IMG/VR virus record: IMGVR_UViG_3300042988_000067
Location: 399 to 64,398 of that record
Length of the DNA stretch: 64,000 nt
Reading direction: 5' to 3' (one strand)
DNA from: a virus
Taxonomy: Duplodnaviria; Caudoviricetes
Positions 1 to 9,107 of this stretch are shown one piece after another. The stretch's first letter is position 1, and each line of letters opens with the position of its first letter. The position numbers were made by a program, and so were the translations under genes. Below the pieces are notes generated by a model. That model made no database searches. It was not told the origin of the DNA and was given only the letters and a program-made list of their open reading frames with translations.

Positions 1-939
1 TGGGGTGATTCGTTTAACTACGGCAAAAGGTTTGCTCGTCCCGATATATGCTGTACCACCCGCAGGGAAATACTCCTGCACCCGACCCTTCTCGTAATAC
101 CTCTGACACAACGCCAATTCAGTCTGATACGGACGCTGTTCAAATGCGGTTGCGGTTGAGCCGACTTCTAGTTGTACACCTGTGACAAATAGCGTTGCAG
201 AGGTGGTTCCAACAACGGATACTGCGCCTGTTGCTGACGGATAGTTTCCCGCCGCCCAAGTATTAGCCGTGCCAGAATAATTGGCACCTGCGCCCAAACT
301 AAATGTCACATACAGACCCAGACTGCTGTCCGTTGTCCATGTCCCAGAGGTATCTCCCGGAATTGTTATGCTAACCTTAGTCCACGTTGCGGCTGTCAAT
401 GACGGGGTTAAGAACGGGTAACTTCTATTTCCGGCACCATTTCTAATGGATCCACCAATAGTCCCTCCTTGGGAACTATTTATCCAGAACGATAAAGTCA
501 CCGTCTTGGCGTTGGCTGTACCCCATGCAAAATCTTGGATGTTATAACCTTCAACGGTTTGGTATATTTGAAAAGCATCTGTCGCAAGTACGGAGTATGC
601 GCTTGCGCATTGCGCACCGAGAACATAAGGAAACCCACCGGAAGCATAATTTACGGTTCCAAAGTTTCTTGCTAATGTGAATTTTCCTGACTGCGTAGCG
701 TCATACTTCCAACGATCAATGGTGTACCCAACAGTAGTAGTGTTTCCACCATTGAACCTCTGGTCAATCCGCATATCGCCATTGATAATCCGATTCCTGA
801 ACCCACCGAGTTGACCACCGTTGATACTAGCGACACCCGCTACATTCCCTGATCCGTCCCATGTGAGTACGTCTGATCCACCCATAGTGAGGACGCCTTG
901 GGTTCCACCTGCGTTTGTTTTGATTCCTGCGCTTGCCAT
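1..939 (-). CDS. Tail fibre/receptor-binding-like protein, partial (runs off the window); paralogue of 2805..3824
   Basis: Manual translation from ATG at 939: MASAGIKTNAGG...NGGQLGGFRNRIINGDMRIDQR...QLEVGSTATAFEQRPYQTELALCQRYY, open to position 1; absent from the ORF track because it has no stop codon. Confidence 0.75.
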   Translation of the reverse strand, partial: MASAGIKTNAGGTQGVLTMGGSDVLTWDGSGNVAGVASINGGQLGGFRNRIINGDMRIDQRFNGGNTTTVGYTIDRWKYDATQSGKFTLARNFGTVNYASGGFPYVLGAQCASAYSVLATDAFQIYQTVEGYNIQDFAWGTANAKTVTLSFWINSSQGGTIGGSIRNGAGNRSYPFLTPSLTAATWTKVSITIPGDTSGTWTTDSSLGLYVTFSLGAGANYSGTANTWAAGNYPSATGAVSVVGTTSATLFVTGVQLEVGSTATAFEQRPYQTELALCQRYYEKGRVQEYFPAGGTAYIGTSKPFAVVKRITP

Positions 940-942
940 GTG

Positions 943-1548
943 TTATACCTCGTATGAACCGTTGATGTAGAGAGCGTCAACGGATGTATCCATTGCAATA
1001 GGGATTGGCGCGCCACCCCCTGTTGCTGTTGAATACAAGTAGTACGCCGCTTCACCGTTATTTACGTACCCCCACGGGTAATGCCCCGCAGTCATCAGCA
1101 GGTTATTGGCGGCGACTGTGCATACGCACCCAGAGAATGTTGCATTGGCGGTATAAGGAAGACCCGTAATCTTTAAGTTGCCTGTTCCTGTGTGGGCGGA
1201 CCATGCTGTTACGCAACTGAAGAACACTCTCCGACCTATCTTTGTGTACCGCCCAGTTCTCGTCCCATAAGTTCCTACCCCTGCCGTGGTTGTTCCCTCT
1301 GTAACAGGAACCCACGTCCCTTCCTCATAGTCGGTAAGAATCTCACTTGTTACAGTTCCAGAACCATCAGACGTTGCGGAGAAGTCTATACCCACTCCAC
1401 TTGCCATAACGATGTTCGCGGCAGTAGTTGATCCAGTTCCAACCAACGTACCCGTAGCACTAGGCAGTGTGACCGTGATCGCAGAACCTATAGACGGTGC
1501 GGTTAGATCAACGGAGCCGCCACCGGAGGAGTTTAGTTTCAGGCTCAT
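943..1548 (-). CDS. Tail fibre-associated protein (TLPSATGT / DYEEGTW / YTKIGR motifs)
   Basis: 201-aa ORF in the tail cluster; shares DYEEGT and YTKIG motifs with 3828..4718. Confidence 0.6.
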   Translation of the reverse strand: MSLKLNSSGGGSVDLTAPSIGSAITVTLPSATGTLVGTGSTTAANIVMASGVGIDFSATSDGSGTVTSEILTDYEEGTWVPVTEGTTTAGVGTYGTRTGRYTKIGRRVFFSCVTAWSAHTGTGNLKITGLPYTANATFSGCVCTVAANNLLMTAGHYPWGYVNNGEAAYYLYSTATGGGAPIPIAMDTSVDALYINGSYEV

Positions 1549-2171
1549 GCTGATGCCCCCTTGATGATTGCGAAGTTGATTATCGGGGTGTCCGAGGCTG
1601 TTCCAGATACTGCCGCGAACCAGACTTGGAAGTTTCCCGTTTGCGCTCTGGTGGTAAACGAATAGAAATTCGTTGAATTATTTAAAGAGAGAACAACAAC
1701 ATCAGATGCAGATACCAAAGAGTTATTTACCGTAAACGATTGCCACGTTGCTGTACCTGCGGCAGTAAACATCGTGATCTGCCCAGTTGGCTTATTGATC
1801 GTCACCGCAGTAGTCCGTGATGTTGCTTGCGTTACCGTGCCGCCTGCGCCTGTGCCGTACCCAAGTGCCGCACTGGCACTGACAGACTTGATGGTTCCGT
1901 CACCGTCAATAGCCGCAACTTCGGTACCAGAGTAGTTAACAAAACTGGCAATCCGACCAGACGCTCCGTTGTTTGCCCCGCCACGGATCACTGCGCCTGT
2001 AGCGATTCCAGAACCACCTGCGTTATGCAGGTACGCCCCTACTTCTGCACCAACTGCCGTGTAGGAGTGAAGCCTATAGGATGGGGTAATCCCAATACCA
2101 ACATTCCCACTCGCATCCTCCTGAATCGCAGTGGAGTCGATGCCAGTTGTTCCGTTAAGTACAATACTCAT
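1545..2171 (-). CDS. Tail fibre-like protein (GNVGIG repeat)
   Basis: 208-aa Gly/Ala/Thr-rich ORF with a SGNVGIG fibre motif; tail context. Confidence 0.55.
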   Translation of the reverse strand: MSIVLNGTTGIDSTAIQEDASGNVGIGITPSYRLHSYTAVGAEVGAYLHNAGGSGIATGAVIRGGANNGASGRIASFVNYSGTEVAAIDGDGTIKSVSASAALGYGTGAGGTVTQATSRTTAVTINKPTGQITMFTAAGTATWQSFTVNNSLVSASDVVVLSLNNSTNFYSFTTRAQTGNFQVWFAAVSGTASDTPIINFAIIKGASA

Positions 2172-2180
2172 TTATAACCC

Positions 2181-2426
2181 CTAAACAATAGTCCAGACCG
2201 CGTTCGGGTCGATGGTAACCGTTACCCCTGCGGCAATCGTAATTGGTCCGGCAGATACGGCATTATAAGCCCCCAAGAGCGTATAGTTGGTAGTCACGGT
2301 CTGGTTGTTCAGATGAAAAATACTATCTGAACCACCGCCCTTTGCGCCACCCACACTCAGCATTTCTGGGGTGATAGACCCAGCAGGGATTGTGGACCCA
2401 GCAGGTTGATTGCCAGCGTAACTCAT
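2181..2426 (-). CDS. Small tail-associated protein
   Basis: 81 aa; MSYAGNQP N-terminus and NAVSAGPITI...WTIV C-terminus of the kind seen in phage fibre clusters. Confidence 0.5.
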   Translation of the reverse strand: MSYAGNQPAGSTIPAGSITPEMLSVGGAKGGGSDSIFHLNNQTVTTNYTLLGAYNAVSAGPITIAAGVTVTIDPNAVWTIV

Positions 2427-2803
2427 AGTGTGCCCGCCAAAGTAAACAGGTTGTCCAGATCGGTTTCGGTCAAGTTGAGTGCCGTTGCCATGTTGGTCAC
2501 CAGTGCATCATCCCGCTTCACTTCAGTGGCGTACTCCCATGTGATCTTGTCTGCTTCTGCGCCTGCGGCGATAGCGGCGTTGACCGTGGTGAGAAGTCCA
2601 CCTTGGTGTAGTGCCAGACGTGCTTGACGCATGGTTACTGTGGTGGGGATTGGTGCGGGTGGTTCGATGTATGGGTCAGGCGTGTTGCCTTCTGCAAGCC
2701 AGACCTTGTATTGCTCGTAGTCAGCGTTGCCGTCAGCGAAAGGGATTACAAGTCCGTCATCACGCTGAACGGAGTTGCCGAGGTGTGTCAGTGTGTATGC
2801 CAT
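2423..2803 (-). CDS. Tail fibre assembly/chaperone-like protein (copy A, ends ...LAGTL)
   Basis: Likely start MAYTLTHL at 2803; IPFADGNADYEQYKVWLAEGNTP and VTMRQARLAL...WEYA...LDNLF motifs typical of fibre-adjacent accessory proteins. Confidence 0.55.
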   Translation of the reverse strand: MAYTLTHLGNSVQRDDGLVIPFADGNADYEQYKVWLAEGNTPDPYIEPPAPIPTTVTMRQARLALHQGGLLTTVNAAIAAGAEADKITWEYATEVKRDDALVTNMATALNLTETDLDNLFTLAGTL

Positions 2804-3982
2804 GCTATAACTCCGCAGAGAACGTAAATGGAGAACCACCAGAACAGTAGGTTTGGTATTGACCTGCGGCAGTTACTTGAAGCGTCATATCGCACGAATC
2901 TGCCGATCTGGTATTCAACGATTCAGTTGCCGCCGTTACGTTTGATCTCGTCCATGTAACTCCCGCCAAAGACATACTAGGAGCAATCCGCATGGTTACT
3001 GGGAACTTGATTTGTCCGTAATATACAGCCCCTGCCGCTACCCTGTACCCATAGGCATTTATTGCTGTGGTTGTCGGGTCAATCTGCCAGTAGTACCTCT
3101 GACACAGCGCCAGTTCAGTTCCATACGGACGCTGTTCAAACTCGGTTGCGGTGGAGCCGATTTCTAGTTGGAACTCGCTAACCAGATACGATTTTGATGC
3201 TACCGAGTTTGCTGTATCGTCATAGATTGTAACGGCTAGTCCGAGAGATGCTTCAGCCGCGCCAAGTGTGTATGTTGTGGAAATAGTTGTGCAAGTGTTG
3301 TTGGCGACAGGAAGCGCACTTGACGTGTGGATAGATGTTGTTGCCGTGAACGTGTCAATCGTAGACGTTGGCTTGAGCAACTGTATTTTGAAGTTACGGG
3401 AACCTCCCGTGTTCTGGTACACCTTGCAACTAACCGTTATTGTTTTGCCATTCAGGTCGATTACGTTTGCTGACTCGAGCCTTGTTTGCGCGAGGAACTG
3501 CCCAGTTGTCCAAGTACCGTCTGGTGTTCCTATCGCCGTGTTACTCGTAAATCCGATGGCTTGCGCTGTAGTCGTGCCGTTGAGCGTTCCAGATACCGTA
3601 GTGCCGCCAGAAATGTATACGATCCACCTATCAGCAGAACCGTAAATATTATTGGTTGCGGTCAGGGCGACACCAGTTCCGCGCTGTCTTACAATCCCAG
3701 AACCATTGATAATCCGATTCCTAAACCCCGCGAGTTGACCGCCATTCAGGCTGGAAGCCGTATACGCATTCGCCGTGGTAAACACATCATCGGCCAACAT
3801 TGCATTTTGAATTTTAGTGGTCATACATTAGACCTCGTACTGGAAGTTGAAGTAGATATACTTGTTTGTCCCAGTTGGGCAGTTTGCTGTGGTGATCTGT
3901 GTACGCTGGCCGTTGGTTGCGTTGTTGTGCTCTATAAACAGTGTATTAGATGAAGCTTGCACAGACGCATAGAATGGGCCGA
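2445..3982. repeat. Direct repeat copy 1 (~1.54 kb), near-identical to 62463..64000
   Basis: Identical 339-aa translation in both copies; offset 60,018 bp; mismatches seen at 2498, 2504 and 2525. Confidence 0.95.
2805..3824 (-). CDS. Tail fibre/receptor-binding-like protein (copy A)
   Basis: 339 aa; FRNRIING...DRW...QLEIGSTATEFEQRPYGTELALCQRYY...FPVTMR motifs of carbohydrate-binding-type phage fibre modules. Confidence 0.7.
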   Translation of the reverse strand: MTTKIQNAMLADDVFTTANAYTASSLNGGQLAGFRNRIINGSGIVRQRGTGVALTATNNIYGSADRWIVYISGGTTVSGTLNGTTTAQAIGFTSNTAIGTPDGTWTTGQFLAQTRLESANVIDLNGKTITVSCKVYQNTGGSRNFKIQLLKPTSTIDTFTATTSIHTSSALPVANNTCTTISTTYTLGAAEASLGLAVTIYDDTANSVASKSYLVSEFQLEIGSTATEFEQRPYGTELALCQRYYWQIDPTTTAINAYGYRVAAGAVYYGQIKFPVTMRIAPSMSLAGVTWTRSNVTAATESLNTRSADSCDMTLQVTAAGQYQTYCSGGSPFTFSAEL

Positions 3983-4718
3983 CAAGACTAGACCATGTGC
4001 CCCCATCAAGAGCGATTGGGATTACGGTTGTTTTTGCAGATTGGAATGGAAGCGCACCTGTAATCTGCAACGACCCAGATGCAGTACCTAGCGTAAAGGA
4101 GGAAGTAAGAATCTTTCCTTGCACTAAACAACGGTTGCCTATCTTCGTGTAGCTGACTTCTCTCGTGGAATAGGTAACCGCTAAAGTCCCCGGTGTGGTA
4201 AACGTCAGAGCAATGCCTGTATCGGTTACTGTCCCTTCCTCATAATCATCCAAGGTGTTCGGATCAGTGGACGCAGATTGAGTCGCCGGAAACTTAATTT
4301 GCCCACCCTGATTGTCGATCAAACCAGTGGTTGTCGGGGTTGCAATGGTCGGGCTAGAGATAGTAGGTGTAGTAATAGTAGGGCTTGTTCCGCGAACGAT
4401 TGATCCTGTACCAGTTACTGGTGAGGCAAAGCTACTGTCAATTACGCTTCCGCCGCTGGGTACGGTCGCGGTCCCTGACAATGCAAGAGCTGCGATGATT
4501 ATGTTTAAGCCAGATGCGGGGGCGGTCACAAAGGTGACGTTGGTCCCGGACTGCGTGAAGTCGCTACCCGCCAACTGAACAACTCCACCGACAGTAACCA
4601 AGATGCTATTGATGGTAGGCGGTGTCCAAGTCAAAACGAACGTGGCGGTGGTGCCGTCACCCACGTCTGTGTAGACTGGGTTGTTGCTGTAGATTAGCGG
4701 GTTACCTACCATGCTCAT
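3828..4718 (-). CDS. Tail fibre protein
   Basis: 296 aa; GDGTTATFVL, SPTITTP and NTLDDYEEGT motifs. Confidence 0.6.
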   Translation of the reverse strand: MSMVGNPLIYSNNPVYTDVGDGTTATFVLTWTPPTINSILVTVGGVVQLAGSDFTQSGTNVTFVTAPASGLNIIIAALALSGTATVPSGGSVIDSSFASPVTGTGSIVRGTSPTITTPTISSPTIATPTTTGLIDNQGGQIKFPATQSASTDPNTLDDYEEGTVTDTGIALTFTTPGTLAVTYSTREVSYTKIGNRCLVQGKILTSSFTLGTASGSLQITGALPFQSAKTTVIPIALDGGTWSSLVGPFYASVQASSNTLFIEHNNATNGQRTQITTANCPTGTNKYIYFNFQYEV

Positions 4719-4724
4719 GATCTG

Positions 4725-5060
4725 TTACTCCAGATAGGCTGCAATTGCGTCGCAGGAGGTTGCCGTGTTGCTGATGACGCACAACTGGTCGCCGTTGTTC
4801 AGAACCACCTTGTCGATGTCACCGTTGATCACAACGATTGCACTCCCAACCGGAACGTCTGCGCCCATCGTTGCTGGGGTTGCACCACCAACAAGGTAGT
4901 AGTTGGTTGAGCTGCGCTTGATGTAAGCGCAAGCCTTAATGGTTGACGCAGTAGTGTTTGAGATCCGCAGACCGATCACAACGACGCCGTTTGCGGCAGA
5001 CGTGTAAATGATCTGTTCCGAAGTCCCTACGTTGCGATGCAGTGAGTTATTAAAAGCCAT
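4725..5060 (-). CDS. Small tail structural protein
   Basis: 111 aa in the tail cluster; beta-rich; GGAG RBS. Confidence 0.45.
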   Translation of the reverse strand: MAFNNSLHRNVGTSEQIIYTSAANGVVVIGLRISNTTASTIKACAYIKRSSTNYYLVGGATPATMGADVPVGSAIVVINGDIDKVVLNNGDQLCVISNTATSCDAIAAYLE

Positions 5061-5070
5061 TTACTTCTCC

Positions 5071-6354
5071 TTAACCTAACGCCAAAGCCATCGCTTGGGC
5101 TTCTGATAATGTGCCTAGTGCGACCCGTGCAGCCGCCGCAGTCGTTGATCCGGTACCGCCCTGTGCGACAGCCAACGGGGCAACCAGAGTCAAGCCAGCT
5201 GATGTCAGAGTCGCCACATTTGAGCCGCCAGCGGTGAACCCGATTTGGTTCGGCGCCGCCAGATACATGCCCGTGTCGGTGTCTGCGCTGAATGCAACAG
5301 CAGGGGCTGATGCACTGCCTGAAGTGAACAGGCCGGAGGTGGTAAACACGGTCTGCGCGTCCAGCACGTTGGTGCCATCGCAATATAGGATGACCCGATT
5401 GTTGGCCTGAATGCTGATACCAGACCCAGCAGACGTTTTCACGGTGAGGGAATAAACGCCAGTGGTGCTGTTATCGATGTACCAGACGGTGACGACGTTC
5501 GGGACGATGACGTTGATGTTGGCTGTCAGGGCGCCAGTAAACTTGATGATCTTGTATCCGGCCTCGGTGCCAGTTAGCGTGACATTGGAACCGCCGGCCA
5601 CGTTCTTGACCAGTTGGCTGTAGGCAAAGATGGTCGAGCGGCCAATACCGACCGTGTACCAAGCGGTACCGGAGCAGCAGATAATGCACGACTCATCAGG
5701 GGCAAGCTGGATGCTGCCTTGACCATCAATAAGATCTGCACCGGCAGCATCAACTGTGGTGGTCCCAGCCGAGATGTTGCGAAGCAGAAAGAAGAAATCG
5801 TTACCGATACCGGATGCAGCTGGCAAGCTGATCGTAGCTCCGGCGCTATCCAAATACAGGATCGAGCGGTCACCCGCACCAATCGTAAATGATGTTGCGC
5901 TGACAGATACCGTGTGACTTTGGTTAAGCGTGGCACCAATGGCCTTTAAACCGTAGCCAGCAAGCGATGCGGCGTCTGCGGTGCTACTGCCTACCCCAAA
6001 TGCCACCGCCGCCCATGCGCCGTTTACGGTCGAATTATCGGTCAGATACACGTACTTTGACTGACCGGAGGCGACCGTAGTGATCGTGTTCCCGCCATTG
6101 TCGGCAATGGTGATTGAGTCTGCACCAAAGTTGCGGATCAGAGAGTCCTGCCCAGTGGCCGCCTGATTTGCGGCAGGCATGGTGATAGTCAGCAGCGGAA
6201 GGGTCGGCGTAACGTCCATGATACGCGCTACAACGTCACCAGTGGCTGTGAAGCTGGGCCACTCTAGGGTGACGTCAGCCGACAGGGTAATTGCTCTGTA
6301 CGATACCTCGGATGGGGTAACTGGCGAGCCGCCAAAAGGATCAACGTAACTCAT
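5071..6354 (-). CDS. Tail fibre/tail-base protein
   Basis: 427 aa; repeated ITLP/ISLP beta modules, GSASAPAVAFSADTDTG and PLAVAQGGTGSTTAAAARVALG fibre motifs. Confidence 0.65.
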   Translation of the reverse strand: MSYVDPFGGSPVTPSEVSYRAITLSADVTLEWPSFTATGDVVARIMDVTPTLPLLTITMPAANQAATGQDSLIRNFGADSITIADNGGNTITTVASGQSKYVYLTDNSTVNGAWAAVAFGVGSSTADAASLAGYGLKAIGATLNQSHTVSVSATSFTIGAGDRSILYLDSAGATISLPAASGIGNDFFFLLRNISAGTTTVDAAGADLIDGQGSIQLAPDESCIICCSGTAWYTVGIGRSTIFAYSQLVKNVAGGSNVTLTGTEAGYKIIKFTGALTANINVIVPNVVTVWYIDNSTTGVYSLTVKTSAGSGISIQANNRVILYCDGTNVLDAQTVFTTSGLFTSGSASAPAVAFSADTDTGMYLAAPNQIGFTAGGSNVATLTSAGLTLVAPLAVAQGGTGSTTAAAARVALGTLSEAQAMALALG

Positions 6355-6986
6355 CGGACCACTGAACTCCTATCGAGGTTGCGCCTGTTCTCTTCTGAAG
6401 TAAGGCTCTGGGCGGCACGGTCATAGATTGCCTGCCACTGTTGCACCATCTCCAAGTTCTTCAGGAACGGTTGCGCTTCAAGCATGCAGGCTGACAAAAT
6501 CAGTTGCGGACAGTATTCGGTTGTCCAGTTGGTTTGATTCTCTGACGAGAGAGGCTCTGGGCGCTCTCTGTAGACCAATTCAAACGGGTATGCATAGTCT
6601 GGGGTGCCTACCACCAAGAAATGGTCTTGGTCGTAGTTTGCGTAGTATCTGGGGGCACCTTGGACAGTAGGATCAGGCCAATAATTACGGCACCACTCAT
6701 AAGTGCGCTCAAAAAGATTGGTGCGAGATAGATTGCCAGTGCCAGTGCCATAGTTGAAGCTGATTGTTTCGCGCCATCTGGCGGGCTTCTCGATGACCGG
6801 CTGACCGACCGTCATGGTGTTGGTCACGATGCGCTGCATGCCAAGGTTCTGGACCTCAGCGGCGATGCGGTTCTCGGCCATCATCACAAAACGGGGAAGT
6901 TGCGTAATGAACGGGTTGTCTTGACGGTCAACATACACAGTGATGTCGTTTATCAAGCTGTCATATGTCATTGCCGCAGCAGTCAT
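6351..6986 (-). CDS. Head-tail adaptor-like protein
   Basis: 211 aa; MTYDSL..DI...F..MAENRI and NWTTEYCPQLILSACMLEA pattern of podovirus adaptor proteins. Confidence 0.6.
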   Translation of the reverse strand: MTAAAMTYDSLINDITVYVDRQDNPFITQLPRFVMMAENRIAAEVQNLGMQRIVTNTMTVGQPVIEKPARWRETISFNYGTGTGNLSRTNLFERTYEWCRNYWPDPTVQGAPRYYANYDQDHFLVVGTPDYAYPFELVYRERPEPLSSENQTNWTTEYCPQLILSACMLEAQPFLKNLEMVQQWQAIYDRAAQSLTSEENRRNLDRSSVVR

Positions 6987-7243
6987 TTACACCCCTCGAT
7001 TACAGCCTGTTGACCTTCAATGAATATTTTATCACGTTCACGGTCCACAAGCAGAGCTTTTACTTGTTCCCATACAGGCGATTCAGCCCCCAGAATCGCA
7101 AACGTAGAAGGCTCGCGTGTAGGTTCCCAAGTGACGCAGCTAACCGGTACAGGAATCTCAACGAACTTCTCCTTTACGAATGGATTTGTTACGCAGGCCG
7201 TCAGGCTACTTACGATAATCACGCAGCAAACGCTTCGCAGCAT
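6983..7243 (-). CDS. o-spanin (Rz1-like lipoprotein)
   Basis: Start MLRSV...; hydrophobic signal with lipobox LTAC, then VEIPVPVSC; overlaps the i-spanin. Confidence 0.75.
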   Translation of the reverse strand: MLRSVCCVIIVSSLTACVTNPFVKEKFVEIPVPVSCVTWEPTREPSTFAILGAESPVWEQVKALLVDRERDKIFIEGQQAVIEGCK

Positions 7244-7592
7244 CGCAGTCTCCTTCACTTGGGTTCGGGGTCCATGAAATGAGGCCACCAGCGAGCTTTT
7301 GATATTGCTGCACGCTGCTTTCGTATTTCTTCCTCCACATAGCTGCGGATTCTTGCTTCCTCTTGCCTTCTGCCGAGACCGTCTCTAATGCGGCTACCAA
7401 TCGCGCAGTTTTCGCCTTCTCCATTGAGAGGGAAACAGCGGTTTGTGCAAGCTCCGCATTGGTAGCTTCTAGCTTGTTGTTCAAGGAGCTGATCTCGACT
7501 TTCAACGCGCCGATGTACAAGCCTGCCACCAAGGCGATCAGGCCAAGGCCAATCGCGGTTTTGTTTTGCCAGAGTAGATTGGTCAGCCACAT
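7206..7592 (-). CDS. i-spanin (Rz-like)
   Basis: N-terminal TM helix followed by coiled coil; directly after holin and endolysin. Confidence 0.7.
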   Translation of the reverse strand: MWLTNLLWQNKTAIGLGLIALVAGLYIGALKVEISSLNNKLEATNAELAQTAVSLSMEKAKTARLVAALETVSAEGKRKQESAAMWRKKYESSVQQYQKLAGGLISWTPNPSEGDCDAAKRLLRDYRK

Positions 7593-7816
7593 TACTTGGG
7601 TTCCGTGTCACGTTTTAACATTAGGGCACCGCCACCAGCAGCAAGTAGGCTGCCAACACCGATGCCGTACTTAACAATATCAAATGGAGTCTTAAGGAAG
7701 ATGAGGTCGTAACCAGCATACCCAAGGCCAGCCAGAACAGAGAGAACCCAAAGATAACGTCCAACATCGTGAGTTTCACCATCTACCCCAGTAAAAATGT
7801 CTTTTAAGATGCTCAT
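7592..7816 (-). CDS. Holin-like membrane protein
   Basis: 74 aa, two hydrophobic segments, between endolysin and spanins. Confidence 0.6.
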   Translation of the reverse strand: MSILKDIFTGVDGETHDVGRYLWVLSVLAGLGYAGYDLIFLKTPFDIVKYGIGVGSLLAAGGGALMLKRDTEPK

Positions 7817-8256
7817 GCTCTTAACCCGTTTGAATAGCTGGCGATACCGTCAGTGAAATGCGCAGACATGATCTTGCGGCGTTTCGTTGGAGCAAAGCTG
7901 ATGTGCACCCATGCTCCCTCTTCAATCAGCTGGTCAAACTCGATCTGGGAGGCCGCGATTGTCTTGCAGATCTCTATCGGCGGACCGAACTGTCGGCACG
8001 TAAAATCCGCCGCGTAGCCCTCCATATGCGCCGAGGTTTTGGACCCACCAATAGCTCGATTGAGTACAATATTACGATAGCCGGAGTTGATATGCAGAGG
8101 ATAGCCAAGAAGAGTGCGAACCTGCTCAAGCCCTCTTGCAAGAGTCTCAAGACAAGGTACGATAGAAGGCGGCGGCGCGTTGTCAATGCCCAGTCGTACA
8201 GCGGTCGATGAGAACGTGAGTTCATCAAGGCTGAAGTGTTCTGTCAGTTTTCTCAT
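7813..8256 (-). CDS. Endolysin, peptidase M15A family
   Basis: HFSLDEL...INSGYR...NRAIGGSKTSAHMEGYAADF...DQLIEEGAWVHIS Zn-peptidase motifs. Confidence 0.9.
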   Translation of the reverse strand: MRKLTEHFSLDELTFSSTAVRLGIDNAPPPSIVPCLETLARGLEQVRTLLGYPLHINSGYRNIVLNRAIGGSKTSAHMEGYAADFTCRQFGPPIEICKTIAASQIEFDQLIEEGAWVHISFAPTKRRKIMSAHFTDGIASYSNGLRA

Positions 8257-8368
8257 TCTCTACCTTCTGGTGCATTGGAGTAGGCTCGTCATCCCAGCAT
8301 GATTCACAGCGGGTGTCTGACACGCCACGGTAGTGCTCATAAGGCTCGCCACACTTTGTGCAGCGCAT
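8225..8368 (-). CDS. Small putative Zn-finger protein (47 aa)
   Basis: Manual translation MRCTKCGEPY...RCESCWDD...; CxxC...CxxC; fills the gap before the endolysin; below the ORF-track cutoff. Confidence 0.45.
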   Translation of the reverse strand: MRCTKCGEPYEHYRGVSDTRCESCWDDEPTPMHQKVENEKTDRTLQP

Positions 8369-8391
8369 TACGCGCCTAGTCACGTCTTCCT

Positions 8392-8868
8392 TCACTTCTG
8401 CAACGCTTCCATCTTCTGTTCCATGATCGTCAGCCTGCGCTCTTGATCCTGATTGCTGTGGAACTGGTACCCAGTAACCGAAAGAATTATGACCTGAGCC
8501 AGACCGACAGCCCAGAGGATTACGGCGTCTCTTCCCTTGCTTTGGTTAATGTAGGCGTGCACCTCGGTTTTGATCCCATCAGTGGTGGTGTTGAACCTGT
8601 CCGCTGCGTCCTGCACGTTCTTTACGATTGAGGCGTGCTCTTCAGCCTCGGCTGTCAGATGCTGGTTACGCCATGCATTGTGATCATCAACTTTATCCCA
8701 AACCTTGTTCAGCTCAGTACGAAACGTCCCGCTGATGATAGACATTTCACGTATCGCAGTTTCAATTGAAACGATTTGATCCAGCTTAGCCTCCATCCGG
8801 TCAAGCCTCTTCTCCATCGCCTCAAATCGAGGATTAAGCTGATGATCGTCCATACGTCTGTTTTCCAT
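8392..8868 (-). CDS. Coiled-coil membrane protein (possibly lysis-associated)
   Basis: 158 aa; coiled coil plus C-terminal TM segment, upstream of the lysis genes. Confidence 0.45.
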   Translation of the reverse strand: MENRRMDDHQLNPRFEAMEKRLDRMEAKLDQIVSIETAIREMSIISGTFRTELNKVWDKVDDHNAWRNQHLTAEAEEHASIVKNVQDAADRFNTTTDGIKTEVHAYINQSKGRDAVILWAVGLAQVIILSVTGYQFHSNQDQERRLTIMEQKMEALQK

Positions 8869-8876
8869 TTTTGTTG

Positions 8877-9107
8877 TTAATTAGTAACCGCAATGTCAGT
8901 ATCCGGACGCGGAAAACGAAGGCTGATATCCTCAGTCTTACGCGGAGAAAGGCGCCACGGATCCTTTGTGTCCCAGCAGTCCTTGCATACGCGAAGACCG
9001 GGGCTGTTACCGTCTGCGCGCAGGGCGTCATACGGCATCTTCATCTTGCATCTGTCGCATACGGCGATTGCCGCAGTGGCGCCCGAAGGGACGATGAACT
9101 TGGCCAT
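8877..9107 (-). CDS. Conserved small Zn-binding virion-module protein
   Basis: AVCDRC...LRVCKDCWD..DP...LRFPRPD motif. Confidence 0.55.
   Translation of the reverse strand: MAKFIVPSGATAAIAVCDRCKMKMPYDALRADGNSPGLRVCKDCWDTKDPWRLSPRKTEDISLRFPRPDTDIAVTN

Noticed and set aside
2445-3982. Diversity-generating retroelement (TR/VR pair) explaining the duplicated fibre region
   Set aside because: No reverse transcriptase in the window; the few mismatches are synonymous rather than codon-diversifying; the repeat is over 1.5 kb
1-6354. Invertase/shufflon-type tail-fibre switching
   Set aside because: All fibre genes are on one strand; no inverted recombination sites and no serine or tyrosine recombinase were seen
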